The notes beneath the pieces are model-generated. The model had not been told where the DNA came from. It did no database searches and saw only the letters and a program-made list of their open reading frames with translations. From Candidatus Hermodarchaeota archaeon (GTDB lineage Archaea; Asgardarchaeota; Hermodarchaeia; Hermodarchaeales; Hermodarchaeaceae): a DNA stretch of 16,572 nt. Shown piece by piece: positions 16,180 to 16,572 of this stretch; within the stretch, counting starts at the first letter, position 1, and each line of letters begins with the position of its first letter. The translations under genes were made by a program, and so were the position numbers. The stretch is from assembly GCA_016840065.1 (NCBI GenBank), contig JAEOTB010000052.1, positions 1 to 16,572 of the forward strand. Reading direction: 5' to 3'.

Positions 16180-16341
16180 CTAGTTACTCACTCCTGGTCT
16201 TTCATTATAGGAGTCACGACTACAATATTGCTCTTGGTCTTCTGTGGATTCTTATTGTAGCTGAATCTCTAGAAACAAGGATTCAATATTGCATATGAAG
16301 TTTGCGTATTGGGACTAATACCCTAACTTCCTCTGGGTTTC

Positions 16342-16572
16342 TCATAATGAGAGTCGCTTAATTTTTCCTTCAGTGTCGATAGACTCGATGATGAGAGGAG
16401 AACCTTTCCCAGTTATACCTTCAAGCTTTAGGAATCCCTGCATAACAGCAAGAAAGTCCATAGGGTTAACACAAGCTTCTGGAGGAAGGACCCCCTTCTC
16501 TTGGATCTTCCCTCTGTGCATTAGTGCTGCTCCTATTGCGGCAGGTATTCCTGTGCCCTCACCCATTGATTG
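16342..16572 (-). CDS. C-terminal end of a saccharopine dehydrogenase family protein (partial)
   Basis: MGEGTGIPAAIGAALMHRGKIQEKGVLPPEAC matches the TG.PAAIGA...GV.PPE C-terminal signature; the frame is open to the window edge. Confidence 0.75.
   Translation of the reverse strand, partial: QSMGEGTGIPAAIGAALMHRGKIQEKGVLPPEACVNPMDFLAVMQGFLKLEGITGKGSPLIIESIDTEGKIKRLSL

Noticed and set aside
16405-16413. TTTCCCAGT here, and CTGGGAAA at ~8610-8618, match the seed of the putative guide
   Set aside because: 8-9-nt matches are expected by chance in 16.5 kb on two strands; neither extends, and they share no upstream TAM.
1-16572. CRISPR arrays, tRNA or rRNA genes, intact transposases
   Set aside because: No regularly spaced repeats, cloverleaf, rRNA signature or transposase ORF seen.

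Overview
Archaeal genomic window, most likely Asgard archaeon. This is inferred from two tandem Rab-like small GTPases, hdrABC with an HdrA-MvhD fusion, a geranylgeranyl reductase, GGTGA/GGAGGT ribosome-binding sites and TATA-box promoters. Gene order: nitroreductase (partial), small EF-Tu-domain-II-like protein, FGGY kinase (all -); long coiled-coil protein with C-terminal winged helix (+); ThiF/MoeB E1-like enzyme (+); SufS-type cysteine desulfurase (-) divergent from a COG2522-like HTH regulator (+); GT-C-like membrane protein (+); GGR, QueG-like Fe-S protein, hdrB, hdrC, hdrA-mvhD, two Rab-like GTPases and a saccharopine-dehydrogenase-like gene end (all -). The most notable signal is non-coding. 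At ~3928-4071 lies what looks like a complete IS607-type TnpB omega-RNA scaffold with no tnpB/tnpA gene, starting about 22 nt after a TATA box and followed by a putative guide, a hairpin and a T-tract: a candidate stand-alone (trans-acting or domesticated) guide-RNA gene. A second promoter-flanked structured RNA candidate of unknown family lies at ~8530-8680. All assignments are by eye; no searches were run.
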